A DNA stretch of 63,964 nt, filler included, from an uncultured Methanoregulaceae archaeon (lineage in GTDB: Archaea > Halobacteriota > Methanomicrobia > Methanomicrobiales > Methanospirillaceae): the NCBI GenBank assembly GCA_964530035.1. It is 3 parts of 3 records of this genome, joined end to end, with 100 filler letters (N's around TTAATTAATTAA, not from the genome) between each part and the next. Parts side by side here need not be neighbours in the genome. Positions count along the whole stretch, not along the records: positions 29,724 to 59,237 come from CAZGXZ010000007.1; 2 more parts are not named here. The stretch is one strand, 5' to 3'. Of the stretch, positions 30,980-43,989 are shown piece by piece. Under the pieces are notes generated by a model. The model worked only from the letters and a program-made list of their open reading frames with translations, searched no databases and was not told where the DNA came from. The translations under genes were made by a program, and so were the position numbers. Numbering within the stretch: the stretch's first letter is position 1; every line of letters starts with the position of its first letter.

Positions 30980-31558
30980 TCACGGCTTTTCCGGTGTGAT
31001 GGTGATGACCCGCGGAGCGGTTTTCATATGACTTATACCTGTTGCCACGGCAATGATGCCTGCCAGGATAATGAGGACCCCGAGGGCCTGCACCATCAGG
31101 ATTGATGTCAGCCCCTTGTACAGGACCATGAGTATCCCGGCAACCACCAGCAGGATCCCTGTAGCAATCGCCCCCACCATGGAGGGGCGGGAATTTCTGA
31201 AATGGAAACCGATGAACAATGCTATGATCCCGGCGACCACGACGATGACAGCAACGAGGACAACAATGACCGAAGCCAGGAAATCCGGGTCCAGGAACGA
31301 CATAAGTGAGAGCATGAGCGCTATCACACCGAGGGCGGCCGGAACGATCCATATCCCCCTGTAACGCGCTATGATTGCAGCGCCTGCGAGACCTGCAACC
31401 GCCATGACGAGCAGGAAGAACCCTATGGCAAGAAGAAGTATCCGGAGGGCGGTTGACGGGAACAGTATGACGGCACCCCCGATAACAACCGCACAGATCC
31501 CTGCGATTATGAACCATCCCCCTCCGATGCCGATGTTCCCTGTAGTGAACGTCACCAT
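30980..31558 (-). CDS. HdeD/DUF308 family membrane protein
   Basis: Six hydrophobic helices in a repeated pattern. Confidence 0.7.
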   Translation of the reverse strand: MVTFTTGNIGIGGGWFIIAGICAVVIGGAVILFPSTALRILLLAIGFFLLVMAVAGLAGAAIIARYRGIWIVPAALGVIALMLSLMSFLDPDFLASVIVVLVAVIVVVAGIIALFIGFHFRNSRPSMVGAIATGILLVVAGILMVLYKGLTSILMVQALGVLIILAGIIAVATGISHMKTAPRVITITPEKP

Positions 31559-31619
31559 GCAGTCACCGCTCCTCCCCTACCAGATGTGCGATGCCTTGAC
31601 ATGAACCCCGCTCATGGTC

Positions 31620-33050
31620 CTACCACGATATGAAAATGCTTTTCTGACGGCTCCATGCGTTGATTGCCTGGATGCCGTTTTCCCGGCCCATTCCACTCTC
31701 CTTTATCCCTCCAAACGGGACCTCCGGAGGGACAGTGAGGTGACGGTTCACCCAGACAATGCCAGCCTGGACCCGGGTCATGACCTGCTGTGCAATATGA
31801 AGGTCACGGGTCCATACCGAGGCCCCAAGACCGAAACGGGTGTTATTTGCCAGGCGTATCGCTTCGTCAAGGTCTGAGAAGGAAGCGACGGGGAGAACCG
31901 GTCCAAAGACCTCCTCCCTCATGAGAGGTGATTCCTGGGGGACCCCTGCAACGATTACCGGGGGGAAGAATGATCCGCCGGTGAAAGCCGGGCTGTCAGG
32001 GATGGATCCCTGGGCCACTATCCGGGGTTCCCCGGTGGCCAGGGCACGGTCAAGCTGCCCTTCCAATCTTTCACGCTGGCCTTTTGATACGAGAGGTCCC
32101 ATGTCGCACCCATCGGACAACCCATCCGTAACCTTCATCCTTACAACCGCTGCCGCCAGAGCGTTCGTGACCTGGTTGAAGACAGATTCATGGACGAAAA
32201 GCCTTTTAACCGCCGTGCATGTCTGGCCACAGTTATAGAACCTCCCCCTGACAGCCCCTGCTACCGCCTTTCCGATATCAGCGTCCTTCCAGATGATCAT
32301 AGGGTCGGATCCTCCGAGCTCGAGGGTGATCTCCTTCAGCTGCCCACCCGCAGCCTCACGGACTCTGTTTCCCGTGACCGTGTCACCGGTAAAGGATATT
32401 TTCTGGATTGAGGGGTCCCGCACCATGGCCTCCCCTACAACACCTCCTTCCCCGGTAACCACGTTGAGGACTCCGGGTGGGAGGCCAGCCGCTTCGAGCT
32501 CCCGGGCGAGGGTGAGGACCGTGAGCGGGGCGTCCGACGCTGGTTTGAGAACCAGTGTATTTCCCGCGAGGAGTGACGGGCCGCATTTCCACCCCATGAG
32601 GATGGCCGGGACGTTCCAGGGAATGATGGCACCACCGACCCCGATTGGTTCGCGGACCACTATGCAGTCCCCGGTGCTGCCAAGGTGGACGATGTCCCCT
32701 GAAGGAATGCCAGATATGCTTCCATAGAACTCGAGGGTGTTGCAGAAGCCCCTGATCTCGTCCACCGCCTCTGAAAGCGGCTTTCCCTGCTCTGCCACCA
32801 GGAGGCGGGCGATTTCCTGGTGGCGTCCCCTTACCCGGGCTGCTGCCGCAAGGAGGATTTTTCCGCGGTCGCGCATCGTGAGAGAGGACCATCCGGGAAG
32901 GGCTTCCCGGGCGGCGTGGACAGCTGCCCCGACATCCCCGGGCACGCCCCTGGGAACCGTATCGATAGCCACTCCCGTGGAAGGGTTTACGACAGTAATC
33001 CTTGTTCCGGATATACCCGGGGACTCAGCACCCGCAATACGCATTTCCAT
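31620..33050 (-). CDS. NAD(P)-dependent aldehyde dehydrogenase
   Basis: IIPWN, LKPAS, FTGD, LELGGSDP, NCGQTC, EEVFGPV, PFGGIKESGMGRE. Confidence 0.95.
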   Translation of the reverse strand: MEMRIAGAESPGISGTRITVVNPSTGVAIDTVPRGVPGDVGAAVHAAREALPGWSSLTMRDRGKILLAAAARVRGRHQEIARLLVAEQGKPLSEAVDEIRGFCNTLEFYGSISGIPSGDIVHLGSTGDCIVVREPIGVGGAIIPWNVPAILMGWKCGPSLLAGNTLVLKPASDAPLTVLTLARELEAAGLPPGVLNVVTGEGGVVGEAMVRDPSIQKISFTGDTVTGNRVREAAGGQLKEITLELGGSDPMIIWKDADIGKAVAGAVRGRFYNCGQTCTAVKRLFVHESVFNQVTNALAAAVVRMKVTDGLSDGCDMGPLVSKGQRERLEGQLDRALATGEPRIVAQGSIPDSPAFTGGSFFPPVIVAGVPQESPLMREEVFGPVLPVASFSDLDEAIRLANNTRFGLGASVWTRDLHIAQQVMTRVQAGIVWVNRHLTVPPEVPFGGIKESGMGRENGIQAINAWSRQKSIFISW

Positions 33051-33130
33051 GAGATAAGAGTACGGCGGTCAGTAATAAGAACCCATGAGGAATAGCGGGA
33101 GAAAAACGGAGGTGGCTGCCGGGGCCTGGC

Positions 33131-34141
33131 TTAACCCATGGCACCAGGAGAGTCCAGTTCTAAAGAAAAGATAAGCATGCCTGACGGCTTTCCTTCCGAG
33201 TTCTTCACCACCGATGCGGAGATCTCGGCGGGGAATGAGGACCCGTCCTTTCTTGCGAGCCTGATGACGGTTTTTCTGACAATTTCCCCCATGAACAACC
33301 GCCTTTCGATATCTACGACCTGCTGGTGTGATGATGGGTCAACAAGAGATTTCACCTCAAGTCCAATCATCTCTCCCGCCGAGATGTACTGGTGCATCCG
33401 CGTCGCCATGGGGTTAGCCATCGATACTATCCCGGATACGTCGGTGGTAATTATCCCCGTGGGCGCTGCCTCGATGAGTGACCTGTACCGCTGTTCACTT
33501 TCCCGGAGAGCGTCCAACGCCTTTTTTACATTGCTCACGTCCTCGAGGATCATGATGATACCCGGCTTCCCGCTCTGGGTGACCGTCGGGATAATCTTCA
33601 CCCGCATGCTCCTGATCTGCTGGTCCTGGACAAGCTCGATCTCGTGGGCCGCCGAGATCTGGAGAGGCCGGTACAGGATCGACGGAGCAGGTTTGATCCG
33701 TGCCTGCTGCTGCAGGAGGGATATGGCATTCTTCCCGACAAGTTCAGTTTCAGAGAGCTGGAACAACCTGCGGGCGTTTTCGTTCACCTGGAGGATGTTG
33801 TAATTCTCCTCCATTACGATGATTGCATCAGAGGAGAAGTTCAGGAGTTCGGAAACCGGAACCCTGTGGGAAAGGTAGAATAACTTGGCCTTTCCCACGG
33901 CACGTATCTCAACGCGCCCTGCAAGGGTCAGGAGGTCGGTATACTTGCCGATCGAGTTCCGGGACATCCCAAGCACACGTGACATCTCCGAAACGGTTAA
34001 ACCCCGGGGGTTGTGCTTGAGCAGGTCGCAGATACGGTTCTGGACATACTCATAACTCTCCATCCCGCTCCGCTGGGGTTCGCGGTGCAGTCCCTGGTCG
34101 GGGTTCCTGGTCTCGATATTATTTACGCTCTTTTTTGCCAT
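33131..34141 (-). CDS. Winged-HTH plus two PAS domain regulator
   Basis: LKHNPRGLTVSEMSRVLGMSRNSIGKY N-terminal HTH, two PAS domains, RKDGSSFPAEIS PAC. Confidence 0.85.
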   Translation of the reverse strand: MAKKSVNNIETRNPDQGLHREPQRSGMESYEYVQNRICDLLKHNPRGLTVSEMSRVLGMSRNSIGKYTDLLTLAGRVEIRAVGKAKLFYLSHRVPVSELLNFSSDAIIVMEENYNILQVNENARRLFQLSETELVGKNAISLLQQQARIKPAPSILYRPLQISAAHEIELVQDQQIRSMRVKIIPTVTQSGKPGIIMILEDVSNVKKALDALRESEQRYRSLIEAAPTGIITTDVSGIVSMANPMATRMHQYISAGEMIGLEVKSLVDPSSHQQVVDIERRLFMGEIVRKTVIRLARKDGSSFPAEISASVVKNSEGKPSGMLIFSLELDSPGAMG

Positions 34142-34469
34142 CTGAATGTGTCTTCCCCTGGATTATTGCTTCGGCTTCACGGGCGATGTCCATGATTGCA
34201 CCTTCGAGAGCGGTCCCGGCATCGTTGATCCGTTTCTCCAGGTGACGGTGACCTTCTTCCGTTCCGAAAAGGTCCCTAGCAAGGGTAAATACTCCGTTAA
34301 CGGCAGAGGCGACCTGGGCCTTTACCTCGTTCACCCGGATCTCCATTCTGTCACCGGAATCATTCCGGCCGGTCCCTGATCCTTCAGGGGCCGCGGATGC
34401 ATCATCATTTTCCCTGGCAGGCCCTGTTACCCACCGGCCGTCTTCAAAATGACCTGGATTGTCTGACAT
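34119..34469 (-). CDS. Hypothetical protein
   Basis: 116-aa ORF (GHFEDGRWV) overlapping the start of the downstream gene. Confidence 0.6.
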   Translation of the reverse strand: MSDNPGHFEDGRWVTGPARENDDASAAPEGSGTGRNDSGDRMEIRVNEVKAQVASAVNGVFTLARDLFGTEEGHRHLEKRINDAGTALEGAIMDIAREAEAIIQGKTHSDGKKERK

Positions 34470-34610
34470 TTTTCCCGGAAAGCCTGATTTTTTTAGTATT
34501 GACAGAACCGTGCCTGACAGGCAGGATAGAGATCAACCTGAAGTCTATTCGAGCGGCAAAGAGAAAAGTCTTTTTATACACAAAAAGGTCGAAGAACAGG
34601 CGGAAACCAA

Positions 34611-36533
34611 TTATCTCCGCCGTTTCATGAAGAATAGTCCGCTTACAAGGGAGACGGAAAGGACTGCAGCAAGAGGAAGGGGACCGGACTGTGTCGGCGT
34701 TGACGTGGGAGCAGCGCCGAGAGCCGCACTCACCTGGGTTGTCTGGCCGTCTGCGATCTGTACGTTCGAAACGTAGTCGTTGTATCCTGCAAGCGAGAGC
34801 TTGACGGTATGGCTGCCAGCAGGTATGCTGGAAAGAGTGACCGGGGTTATCCCCTTGTACTGGTTGTCCAGGTACACATCGGCACTCGTCGGGCTTGATG
34901 AAACGGAGAGCGTGCCTCCCTGCCCGGTCCCGGATGGCACGAGGGTGGCCGTGACCTGGGCGATGCCTCCGGCGGTCACCTGTACCGAGGTCGTATAATC
35001 GTTGTATCCGGCCTTGGCCAGACGGATGGTATAGGTTCCGGGCGCAAGGGCTACGATATCCAGGGCATCGTTCTGAGGCGTTGTGCCCTTGATGTCACCG
35101 TTCAGGTATACCGATGCGCCTGAAGGCGTTGAGGAAACCTGGATGTCCCCTGTTGTAGGCTGCGAGTTCTTCACGAGCTGTGCGTTCACGTACGTGATAC
35201 TGCCGGAGTTCACCGTGACCGTGCTCTGGTAGTTCTGGTAGCCTGCGAGGTACAGCGTAAGGGTATGGGCTCCCGGTGCCAGCTTTCCGACAACGACAGG
35301 GCTTTCTCCCTCATATATGCCATCGATCCTGACACCCGCGCCCTGGGGCGTCGAGGAGACCGATATCCCGCCATTTGAAGGGTTCTGGTTCAGGTTTGCA
35401 TACACATTCGCCTGGGAGCCCTGCGAGACCTGGACGGTTGCATAGTACGGCTGGTACCCGGCAAGGCTTACCTTTACCGTGTGGTACCCGGTCTGGACCG
35501 AGTAAAATGTACCGGGGGTAGTCAGGCTGTCAAGTCCATTATCAAGGCTTGCATAGGCTCCGCTTGGTGAAGATGAAACATAAATCGTCCCTGTCGGGTT
35601 GACAGGGTTCAGTGACGCAAACACGTTGATGGTCTGGTCGGGAGCCGGGTTCCCCTGGTACTTGGTCGTCCAGGTCACATACCCGGGCATGGAGATGCTG
35701 ATGCTGTGGCCAGGGGTCCCTGTCACAGGGACCGAAACCGTCACCGGCGTTGAACCCTTGCTCTGGCCGTCGAACGTCACCGAGGCTCCCCGCGGACTTG
35801 AGTCAATATAGTAGTACCCCTTGTCGCCCCCGGGGACGACCGTGGTAGGCGGCTGGGTTATCGGGATGAATACCAGGTCGGCATTCACGGTTATCGTCTG
35901 ACCGGGTGACGGGTTCTGGGGGATGTTCTTTTCCCAGGGATAATATCCGTCCTTGGTGACTCTGACGTAATGCTCAGGAGTTCCGAGTGCCGGGACTTCG
36001 ACGGTGACCGGGGACAGTCCCTGCTCCTGCCCGTCGAACTCCACATTGGCTCCTGATGGTGACGAAATGATGCGGAAATAAGCCTTTTCACCGCCGATGG
36101 GCGCGGAAGTGGGTGGTGTCGTGACCGGTATCAGCTGTGCATTGACATACCGGGTCTCGCCTGCTGCAGGGTTTCCCGACAATGTTGTCTGGTAGGTCAG
36201 GTACCCTTCCTTCGAAACCGACAGGGTGTGGCCCGGCGTCCCGGTGGAGGATACCTCCACGGTAACCGGGGTCACCCCCTGGTCCTGACCGTCGAAGACG
36301 ACACTGGCTCCGGAAGGCGATGACGATATGGAGTAATACCCCGATCCGCCACCGATTGCTCCTGACGGAGAGGTGACATCCGGCCCGATAAGACCCTCTG
36401 CAACATCTGAAGGCATCATGACAAGTGGTGCAAAGGAAACCACGCCAGCCCCGGTTTCTCCTGCTGCTGCCACCGGAACCGTCAGGCACATGGCTGCCAG
36501 CGCCAGAATAACGATTGGAACGAGTGCTTTCAT
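34611..36533 (-). CDS. PEGA-repeat cell-surface protein
   Basis: Signal peptide, about 7 repeats of SSSPSGAxV..G.TP....GxH...GY, C-terminal TPTQS-TM-KRRR sorting-type tail. Confidence 0.92.
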   Translation of the reverse strand: MKALVPIVILALAAMCLTVPVAAAGETGAGVVSFAPLVMMPSDVAEGLIGPDVTSPSGAIGGGSGYYSISSSPSGASVVFDGQDQGVTPVTVEVSSTGTPGHTLSVSKEGYLTYQTTLSGNPAAGETRYVNAQLIPVTTPPTSAPIGGEKAYFRIISSPSGANVEFDGQEQGLSPVTVEVPALGTPEHYVRVTKDGYYPWEKNIPQNPSPGQTITVNADLVFIPITQPPTTVVPGGDKGYYYIDSSPRGASVTFDGQSKGSTPVTVSVPVTGTPGHSISISMPGYVTWTTKYQGNPAPDQTINVFASLNPVNPTGTIYVSSSPSGAYASLDNGLDSLTTPGTFYSVQTGYHTVKVSLAGYQPYYATVQVSQGSQANVYANLNQNPSNGGISVSSTPQGAGVRIDGIYEGESPVVVGKLAPGAHTLTLYLAGYQNYQSTVTVNSGSITYVNAQLVKNSQPTTGDIQVSSTPSGASVYLNGDIKGTTPQNDALDIVALAPGTYTIRLAKAGYNDYTTSVQVTAGGIAQVTATLVPSGTGQGGTLSVSSSPTSADVYLDNQYKGITPVTLSSIPAGSHTVKLSLAGYNDYVSNVQIADGQTTQVSAALGAAPTSTPTQSGPLPLAAVLSVSLVSGLFFMKRRR

Positions 36534-36680
36534 GAAAATTCACCGCGAATGAAGAAACATCACCGTTATGGTTATTAAATTGATTCACTTCACTCCCGGC
36601 CTGTTCCACACTCCTGCCCTCCTGGCCGGTCCACCATGAAAACCTGTCATTTAATATCCTGTGGACGGAAACGTTCGGTC

Positions 36681-37679
36681 ATGCATGCGGTTCGGTTGCT
36701 ATGTGTTGCCCTGCTGGTCTCCCTGCTGGCGGGGGGGGTGTCGGCCCTCGAGTTCAGGTCGGGCAACACGGTGGTCGTGGATACTCCCGTGAATGACGAT
36801 CTTTTTGCAAGCGGCGGCCAGGTCTCGGTGGACGCACCTGTAAAGAGCGTGGTCGTCATAGGCGGCCTCGTTGACATAAACGGCCCTGTTTCCGGCGATG
36901 TGATCGCTGCCGGCGGCCAGGTCACCGTGAATGGGAACGTGGGCGGAAAGATCGTGGCCGCGGGTGGAAGGGTTACGGTAAACGGAAAGGCCGATAACCT
37001 GGTCGCTGCCGGCGGCCAGGTCGCCATCGGCAGGGGTGCCATGATATCGCGCGACGCTGCTGTTGTTGGCCGGCAGGTCGTCAACGAAGGAGACGTGGCC
37101 GGCACCCTCTATGCCGAAACCGACGGCCTGATCAATGCCGGGTCGGTGGGAACAGTCGTCATGCCTGAAAAGCCTTCGGATGAAAAAGGGCTCCCGGTCC
37201 TCCTGATCCTCGTAACCATAGGATTTGCCATACTGGGCTGCATCATCATCCGGCTCTTTCCCGGGCAGGGTAAGGTCGTTGCCGACCAGGTCCGTTCAGC
37301 ACCGCTCCTTAATTTCGCCTACGGGGTTGCCGGGGTCCTTGTTACCGCCGTGGTCACGCTCATCATCGCGGTGACCGTTATCGGGATTCCTGTCGCCCTC
37401 CTCATTGGCATGGGCCTCCTTACCGTCCTGGTCCTGGCCCCGGTCTTTGCCTCATGGGCATTCGGAGACTGGCTCGTAGCCCTGATGAAAAAGGAATGGT
37501 CCATGTACCTGTCGTTCCTCCTTGGTTTCGTCATCCTGCACCTGCTGTTTGCCATCCCGTTCCTCGTCGGCCTCCTGTTGCGGGTGATCGTGGTGGCCAT
37601 TGGTGCCGGGGCGATCTTCATGGTCATCTGGAGGTACTGGAAGGGCACTTCATCTCCCAATACGGTCCAGACCGGATAA
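36681..37679 (+). CDS. Membrane protein with bactofilin-like (polymer-forming) beta-helix repeats
   Basis: Signal peptide, repeated D(V/L)IAAGGQVTVNG units, about 6 C-terminal TMs. Confidence 0.75.
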   Translation: MHAVRLLCVALLVSLLAGGVSALEFRSGNTVVVDTPVNDDLFASGGQVSVDAPVKSVVVIGGLVDINGPVSGDVIAAGGQVTVNGNVGGKIVAAGGRVTVNGKADNLVAAGGQVAIGRGAMISRDAAVVGRQVVNEGDVAGTLYAETDGLINAGSVGTVVMPEKPSDEKGLPVLLILVTIGFAILGCIIIRLFPGQGKVVADQVRSAPLLNFAYGVAGVLVTAVVTLIIAVTVIGIPVALLIGMGLLTVLVLAPVFASWAFGDWLVALMKKEWSMYLSFLLGFVILHLLFAIPFLVGLLLRVIVVAIGAGAIFMVIWRYWKGTSSPNTVQTG

Positions 37680-37780
37680 TTCTCCCTCTTTTAATGTGCC
37701 GAAGGCGAGGTAATATCTTTTACATCAATAGACATCAATGTGGGACAATGTATATTATTGTACAATTCTAATAGGGTGGT

Positions 37781-39139
37781 ATGAAGACGAAGATCCTCCT
37801 CGACGAGGACGAGATGCCACGGAGCTGGTATAACATCCAGGCGGACCTGGTGACGCCGCTCGATCCCCCGCTTCACCCGGCCACGGGAAAGCCTGCAACA
37901 CCGGATGACCTGAAACCCATATTTCCCATGGAGCTTATCAGGCAGGAGATGAGCACACAGCGGTACATCGACATGCCGGGCGAGGTTGCCGACATTCTCC
38001 GGATTTACCGGCCGTCACCGCTCATCAGGGCCGAAAGGCTTGAGAAGGCCTTAAAGACGCCAGCCAGGATCTATTATAAGTGGGAGGGTGGTTCCCCTGC
38101 AGGCAGCCACAAGCCGAACACTGCAATAGCCCAGGCATATTACAACCGGCAGGAAGGCATCGAGCGTATAGCCACCGAAACCGGTGCAGGCCAGTGGGGA
38201 TCCGCCCTCGCCCTTGCGACGAAGTTCTTCGACATGGACGCGACGGTGTACATGGTCCGCTCGAGCTATGATCAGAAGCCCTACCGGCGTGTCATGATGG
38301 AGGTATGGGGGGCGGAGTGCATACCGAGCCCTTCAGACCGGACCGCATCCGGCCGGAAGATACAGGAGGACTATCCTGATACCCCCGGGAGCCTTGGAAT
38401 CGCGATCTCCGAGGCGGTTGAAGACGCAGCCACCCATGACAACACCAACTATTCCCTGGGGTCGGTACTCAACCACGTCTGTCTCCACCAGACGGTGATC
38501 GGCGAAGAGGCGCTCGCACAGTTTGCCTCGATTGATTCGTACCCCGACGTCGTCATCGGGTGCGTCGGAGGCGGGTCCAACTTCGCCGGGATCTCGTTTC
38601 CCTTTGCCGGGGAGAAAATCCGTGGGAAAAAGCCAGATACCCGGATAATCGCGGCTGAACCCGCAGCCTGCCCGACGCTCACGAAGGGGTTGTATACCTA
38701 CGACTTCGGGGACGTCGCCGGGCTGACCCCGATGCTCAAGATGTACACCCTCGGCCATACCTTCATACCCCCGTCTATCCATGCTGGAGGGCTCAGGTAC
38801 CACGGGGACTCACCCCTCGTTTCCCGCCTGGTCCATGACGGGACTGTCGAGGCTGTTGCATACCGGCAGAACGAGGTCTTCGAGGCTGCCAGGCTCTTTG
38901 CCGCCACCGAAGGGCAGATCGTCGCCCCGGAGGCGGCCCATGCCGTGAAGGCCGCGGTTGATGTCGCCCTTGAGTGCCGGAACACCGGCGAGGAGAAGAC
39001 CATCCTCTTCTGCAACTCGGGACACGGCAACCTCGATATGTATTCATATGACGAGTTCCTCCACGGGCGCCTCGTGGACTACGAGTATCCTGACGACCTT
39101 ATCCGGGAAGCCCTCACCCATCTCCCGAAGACGGGTTAA
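37781..39139 (+). CDS. trpB2: TrpB-like PLP enzyme (TrpB2)
   Basis: [38 protein letters not shown]. Confidence 0.95.
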   Translation: MKTKILLDEDEMPRSWYNIQADLVTPLDPPLHPATGKPATPDDLKPIFPMELIRQEMSTQRYIDMPGEVADILRIYRPSPLIRAERLEKALKTPARIYYKWEGGSPAGSHKPNTAIAQAYYNRQEGIERIATETGAGQWGSALALATKFFDMDATVYMVRSSYDQKPYRRVMMEVWGAECIPSPSDRTASGRKIQEDYPDTPGSLGIAISEAVEDAATHDNTNYSLGSVLNHVCLHQTVIGEEALAQFASIDSYPDVVIGCVGGGSNFAGISFPFAGEKIRGKKPDTRIIAAEPAACPTLTKGLYTYDFGDVAGLTPMLKMYTLGHTFIPPSIHAGGLRYHGDSPLVSRLVHDGTVEAVAYRQNEVFEAARLFAATEGQIVAPEAAHAVKAAVDVALECRNTGEEKTILFCNSGHGNLDMYSYDEFLHGRLVDYEYPDDLIREALTHLPKTG

Positions 39140-39142
39140 GCC

Positions 39143-40240
39143 ATGGTCCTGATCGGGTTCGTCGTCAACCCGGTCGCCGGCCTCGGCGGAGCGGTCGGTC
39201 TCAAGGGGACGGATGGTTGTGCCAGTGAAGCCCTGGCACTTGGAGCAGAAAGGAAGGCTGGGGAGAGGGCATTGTCGGCTCTCACCCGGCTCCGGTCCGG
39301 GGAGGCACGGTTCCTGACCGCTGCCGGTGAAATGGGTGAGGACGTCCTTATAAGAGCAGGCAATCCCCGTTTCGAAGTGGTATACCGGCCGGGGTCGCCG
39401 ACCACCCCGGAGGACACCCGGGAGGCATGCCGGGTATTCCGGGACAGGGGTGCCGACATCATCCTGTTCTGTGGCGGCGACGGGACCGCAAGGGATATCT
39501 GTGGAACTATTGGTACAACGGTCCCTGCCATCGGGATACCCGCGGGGGTCAAGATGTATTCCGGGGTATTCGCAGTCGGACCTGCCGAAGCTGCCGGACT
39601 CGTGAACATTTTCTCTCCCTCGTCCTGCGTCGACGGGGAGGTCATGGATATCGACGAGGAAGAATACCGGAAGGGCAGGTTTTCCCTGTCATTGTATGGA
39701 AACCTCCGTGTCCCTGTTGCACCCGGCCTGGTTCAGCGCCCCAAGGGAGTCCGTGACGAGCCGGGAGAAGAAGGGTCCCGTGAAGAGATTGCCGGGTTCA
39801 TGGTGTCGCTCATGACACCCGGGGCCCTCTGGATACTTGGGCCCGGGTCGACTACCGCTGCCATCGCCCGTACCCTTGGTGTGGAAAAGACCCTGCTTGG
39901 AGTTGATGCCGTATCCGGTGGCAGGCTGGTTGGACAGGATCTCTCCGAGAAGGGGATCCTCGGACTCCTTCGTTCATACGAGCGTGTGAAGATCGTGGTA
40001 AGTCCCCTTGGTTCACAGGGCTTTGTCCTGGGGCGGGGAAACCAGCCGATCTCGTCTGAGGTTGTCCGCAGGGTGGGGCCTGAAAACCTCATTGTCGTCG
40101 CAACGCCCCAGAAATGTGCGAGGACTCCTGTCCTCTACCTGGATACCGGGGATGAGGGGCTCAATGCAATGTTCGAAGACCCCGTAAGGGTCATCTGCGG
40201 ATATGCCCTTGCCCAGAGGAAACACCTGACGAGGCTTTGA
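39143..40240 (+). CDS. ATP-NAD kinase family protein
   Basis: VNPVAGLGG..LKGTDG, GGDGTARD, GIPAGVKMYS, GRGNQ. Confidence 0.88.
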   Translation: MVLIGFVVNPVAGLGGAVGLKGTDGCASEALALGAERKAGERALSALTRLRSGEARFLTAAGEMGEDVLIRAGNPRFEVVYRPGSPTTPEDTREACRVFRDRGADIILFCGGDGTARDICGTIGTTVPAIGIPAGVKMYSGVFAVGPAEAAGLVNIFSPSSCVDGEVMDIDEEEYRKGRFSLSLYGNLRVPVAPGLVQRPKGVRDEPGEEGSREEIAGFMVSLMTPGALWILGPGSTTAAIARTLGVEKTLLGVDAVSGGRLVGQDLSEKGILGLLRSYERVKIVVSPLGSQGFVLGRGNQPISSEVVRRVGPENLIVVATPQKCARTPVLYLDTGDEGLNAMFEDPVRVICGYALAQRKHLTRL

Positions 40241-40351
40241 ACCTTCGGCTGACCGGGTTTAAAGGGTCCGGGCTTTTCGGGGTATTGATGTGGATGAAAA
40301 AAACCAGAATTGACCCTTGAAGCCTTTCAGGTCAAAAAGGGTGTGCCCGGT

Positions 40352-41584
40352 TCAGGACTGTGCCTGAACGGGGGGTTTCATGAAGAAAAAGGCAACCCCG
40401 AGTCCTATTGCGGCAAGCACGGCAACGTACGGGAAGACTCCGAGGTACGAGCCGGTTGCCGTCCTGATAAACCCGGCGAGCTGTGGCCCGGCTATCGCCC
40501 CGGCACCATATGCGAGGAAAACAACCCCGTAGCAGCGTGGATAATCACAGGTCCCGAAGAATGCCCCGGTTGTTGCCGGGGCGACGGCAAGCCATCCACC
40601 GAGACAGCCCCACAGGACAGCGAAGGCTATGATGTATACCCCTTCAAGGGGGACCAGCCACATGCCCAGGGATGCCGCCAGGATCAGGAGGAATGAGAGC
40701 ATGGCAACGGCCCGGGGAGGGAAACGGTCGGTCAGGTATCCGAACAACGGGCGGCCCCCGCCATTGAATATGGCAAAGAACCCTACGAGCAGGGTTGCAA
40801 GGCCTGCGCCTATCCCGACCACCTCGGTCCCGACCGGCTTGGCTATCGATATGGCCATGAGGCCGGCCAGGCACCCGATGAAATAGCAGGTCCACAAACC
40901 GTAGAAAGCAGGCTTCCTTAGCATCTGGGAACGTGTACACTCGGTCTGGACAACCGTGCCCCGGGAGGACCCTGGAGGCACGAACCCGGCCGGCACCCAG
41001 CCGGCCGGAGGGAAGGACAACGGCACTGCGAGGAGCAGGATAAGGACCACGAAGACGATCCCAAAGATGCGGAATGTTTCCATGACCCCGTAGCCACCGA
41101 TGAGGGCTCCTGCGATGTTCGCGGTCAGGAATGCTGAAAATCCGAACCCGAGCAGGGTACATCCCACTGCAAGTCCGCGGCGGTCCGGGAACCACCGTGC
41201 AGCAACGGCGACAGGGGCACCATAGGCGATGCCCACTCCGACTCCGCCGATGATGCCATATACAATGTACAGCATCTCGACGGAAGATGCGAACGATGCC
41301 AGTATCCAGCCGATACCGGTAAGGACACCCCCGATCATGGTGACCTTCCTGGGGCCCAGGGTTTCAAGGTACTTGCCGGTCAGGGGCATGGCTATCGCGA
41401 AGAACGCCAGGAATACTGAAAACGGCATCAGTACTTCGTTTGCACTCACCGCCCTCCCGAGTGCCTGGGTGAAATGAGTGGTGAGTGGCTGGACGAAGAC
41501 GCTCCAGGAGTAGATACTCCCGAGGCAGAGGTTTATGGCGAGTCCTGCAGCGACAAGGAGCCATCTGCCCTTTTCCGGGACCAT
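40352..41584 (-). CDS. MFS transporter, oxalate:formate antiporter (OFA) family
   Basis: LGSIYSWSVF, WFPDRRGLAVG, FNGGGRPLFG and 12 TMs. Confidence 0.9.
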   Translation of the reverse strand: MVPEKGRWLLVAAGLAINLCLGSIYSWSVFVQPLTTHFTQALGRAVSANEVLMPFSVFLAFFAIAMPLTGKYLETLGPRKVTMIGGVLTGIGWILASFASSVEMLYIVYGIIGGVGVGIAYGAPVAVAARWFPDRRGLAVGCTLLGFGFSAFLTANIAGALIGGYGVMETFRIFGIVFVVLILLLAVPLSFPPAGWVPAGFVPPGSSRGTVVQTECTRSQMLRKPAFYGLWTCYFIGCLAGLMAISIAKPVGTEVVGIGAGLATLLVGFFAIFNGGGRPLFGYLTDRFPPRAVAMLSFLLILAASLGMWLVPLEGVYIIAFAVLWGCLGGWLAVAPATTGAFFGTCDYPRCYGVVFLAYGAGAIAGPQLAGFIRTATGSYLGVFPYVAVLAAIGLGVAFFFMKPPVQAQS

Positions 41585-41651
41585 CCCGCACACGGTAATG
41601 GATCCCGGTGAAACAGGATAGTTTGAGTTCATAACACAGTAAGTATCCCTT

Positions 41652-43562
<1,911 letters not shown>

Positions 43563-43852
43563 CTAGCGTTTTCTCTGGTATTCCTGGGTTCATGTGAAAC
43601 TCTGCCGTACGTTCATACAGGACGTGTGCGACAGGACCCCCGCCTGCTCCTCCTGTCACGAGAGGATCTCCTGGTCCCCAGGCTGATCATCATCGTGCTG
43701 CCGGGTCCGGGGTATGACCTCGTCTCCGACGGGTTGCATTTGTTATGGGGTTGTCCACGCTCCTTAGACCGGTCCCCCGGGCAGGAGGAACCGTATGCAC
43801 CGGTCCTGGTGCCTTCCGACGGTCCTCCAGCTCTTCACGGGATATTATCATG

Positions 43853-43879
43853 ATTAATAATTACAATTATTAATAATTG
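43853..43879. promoter_or_regulatory. AT-rich overlapping palindromes between divergent acs and argC
   Basis: ATTAATAATT-AC-AATTATTAAT (43853-43874) and perfect CAATTATTAATAATTG (43864-43879). Confidence 0.5.
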
Positions 43880-43989
43880 CGCTGCGTGGACATGCGGGGT
43901 GCACCCCTCTGGCATCACCTGATGGAGCGTAAAACCGCCTGATTTGGAAAGCAAGAAAGGTTAAATGGTTTTGTGCCGGATATAGTGTC

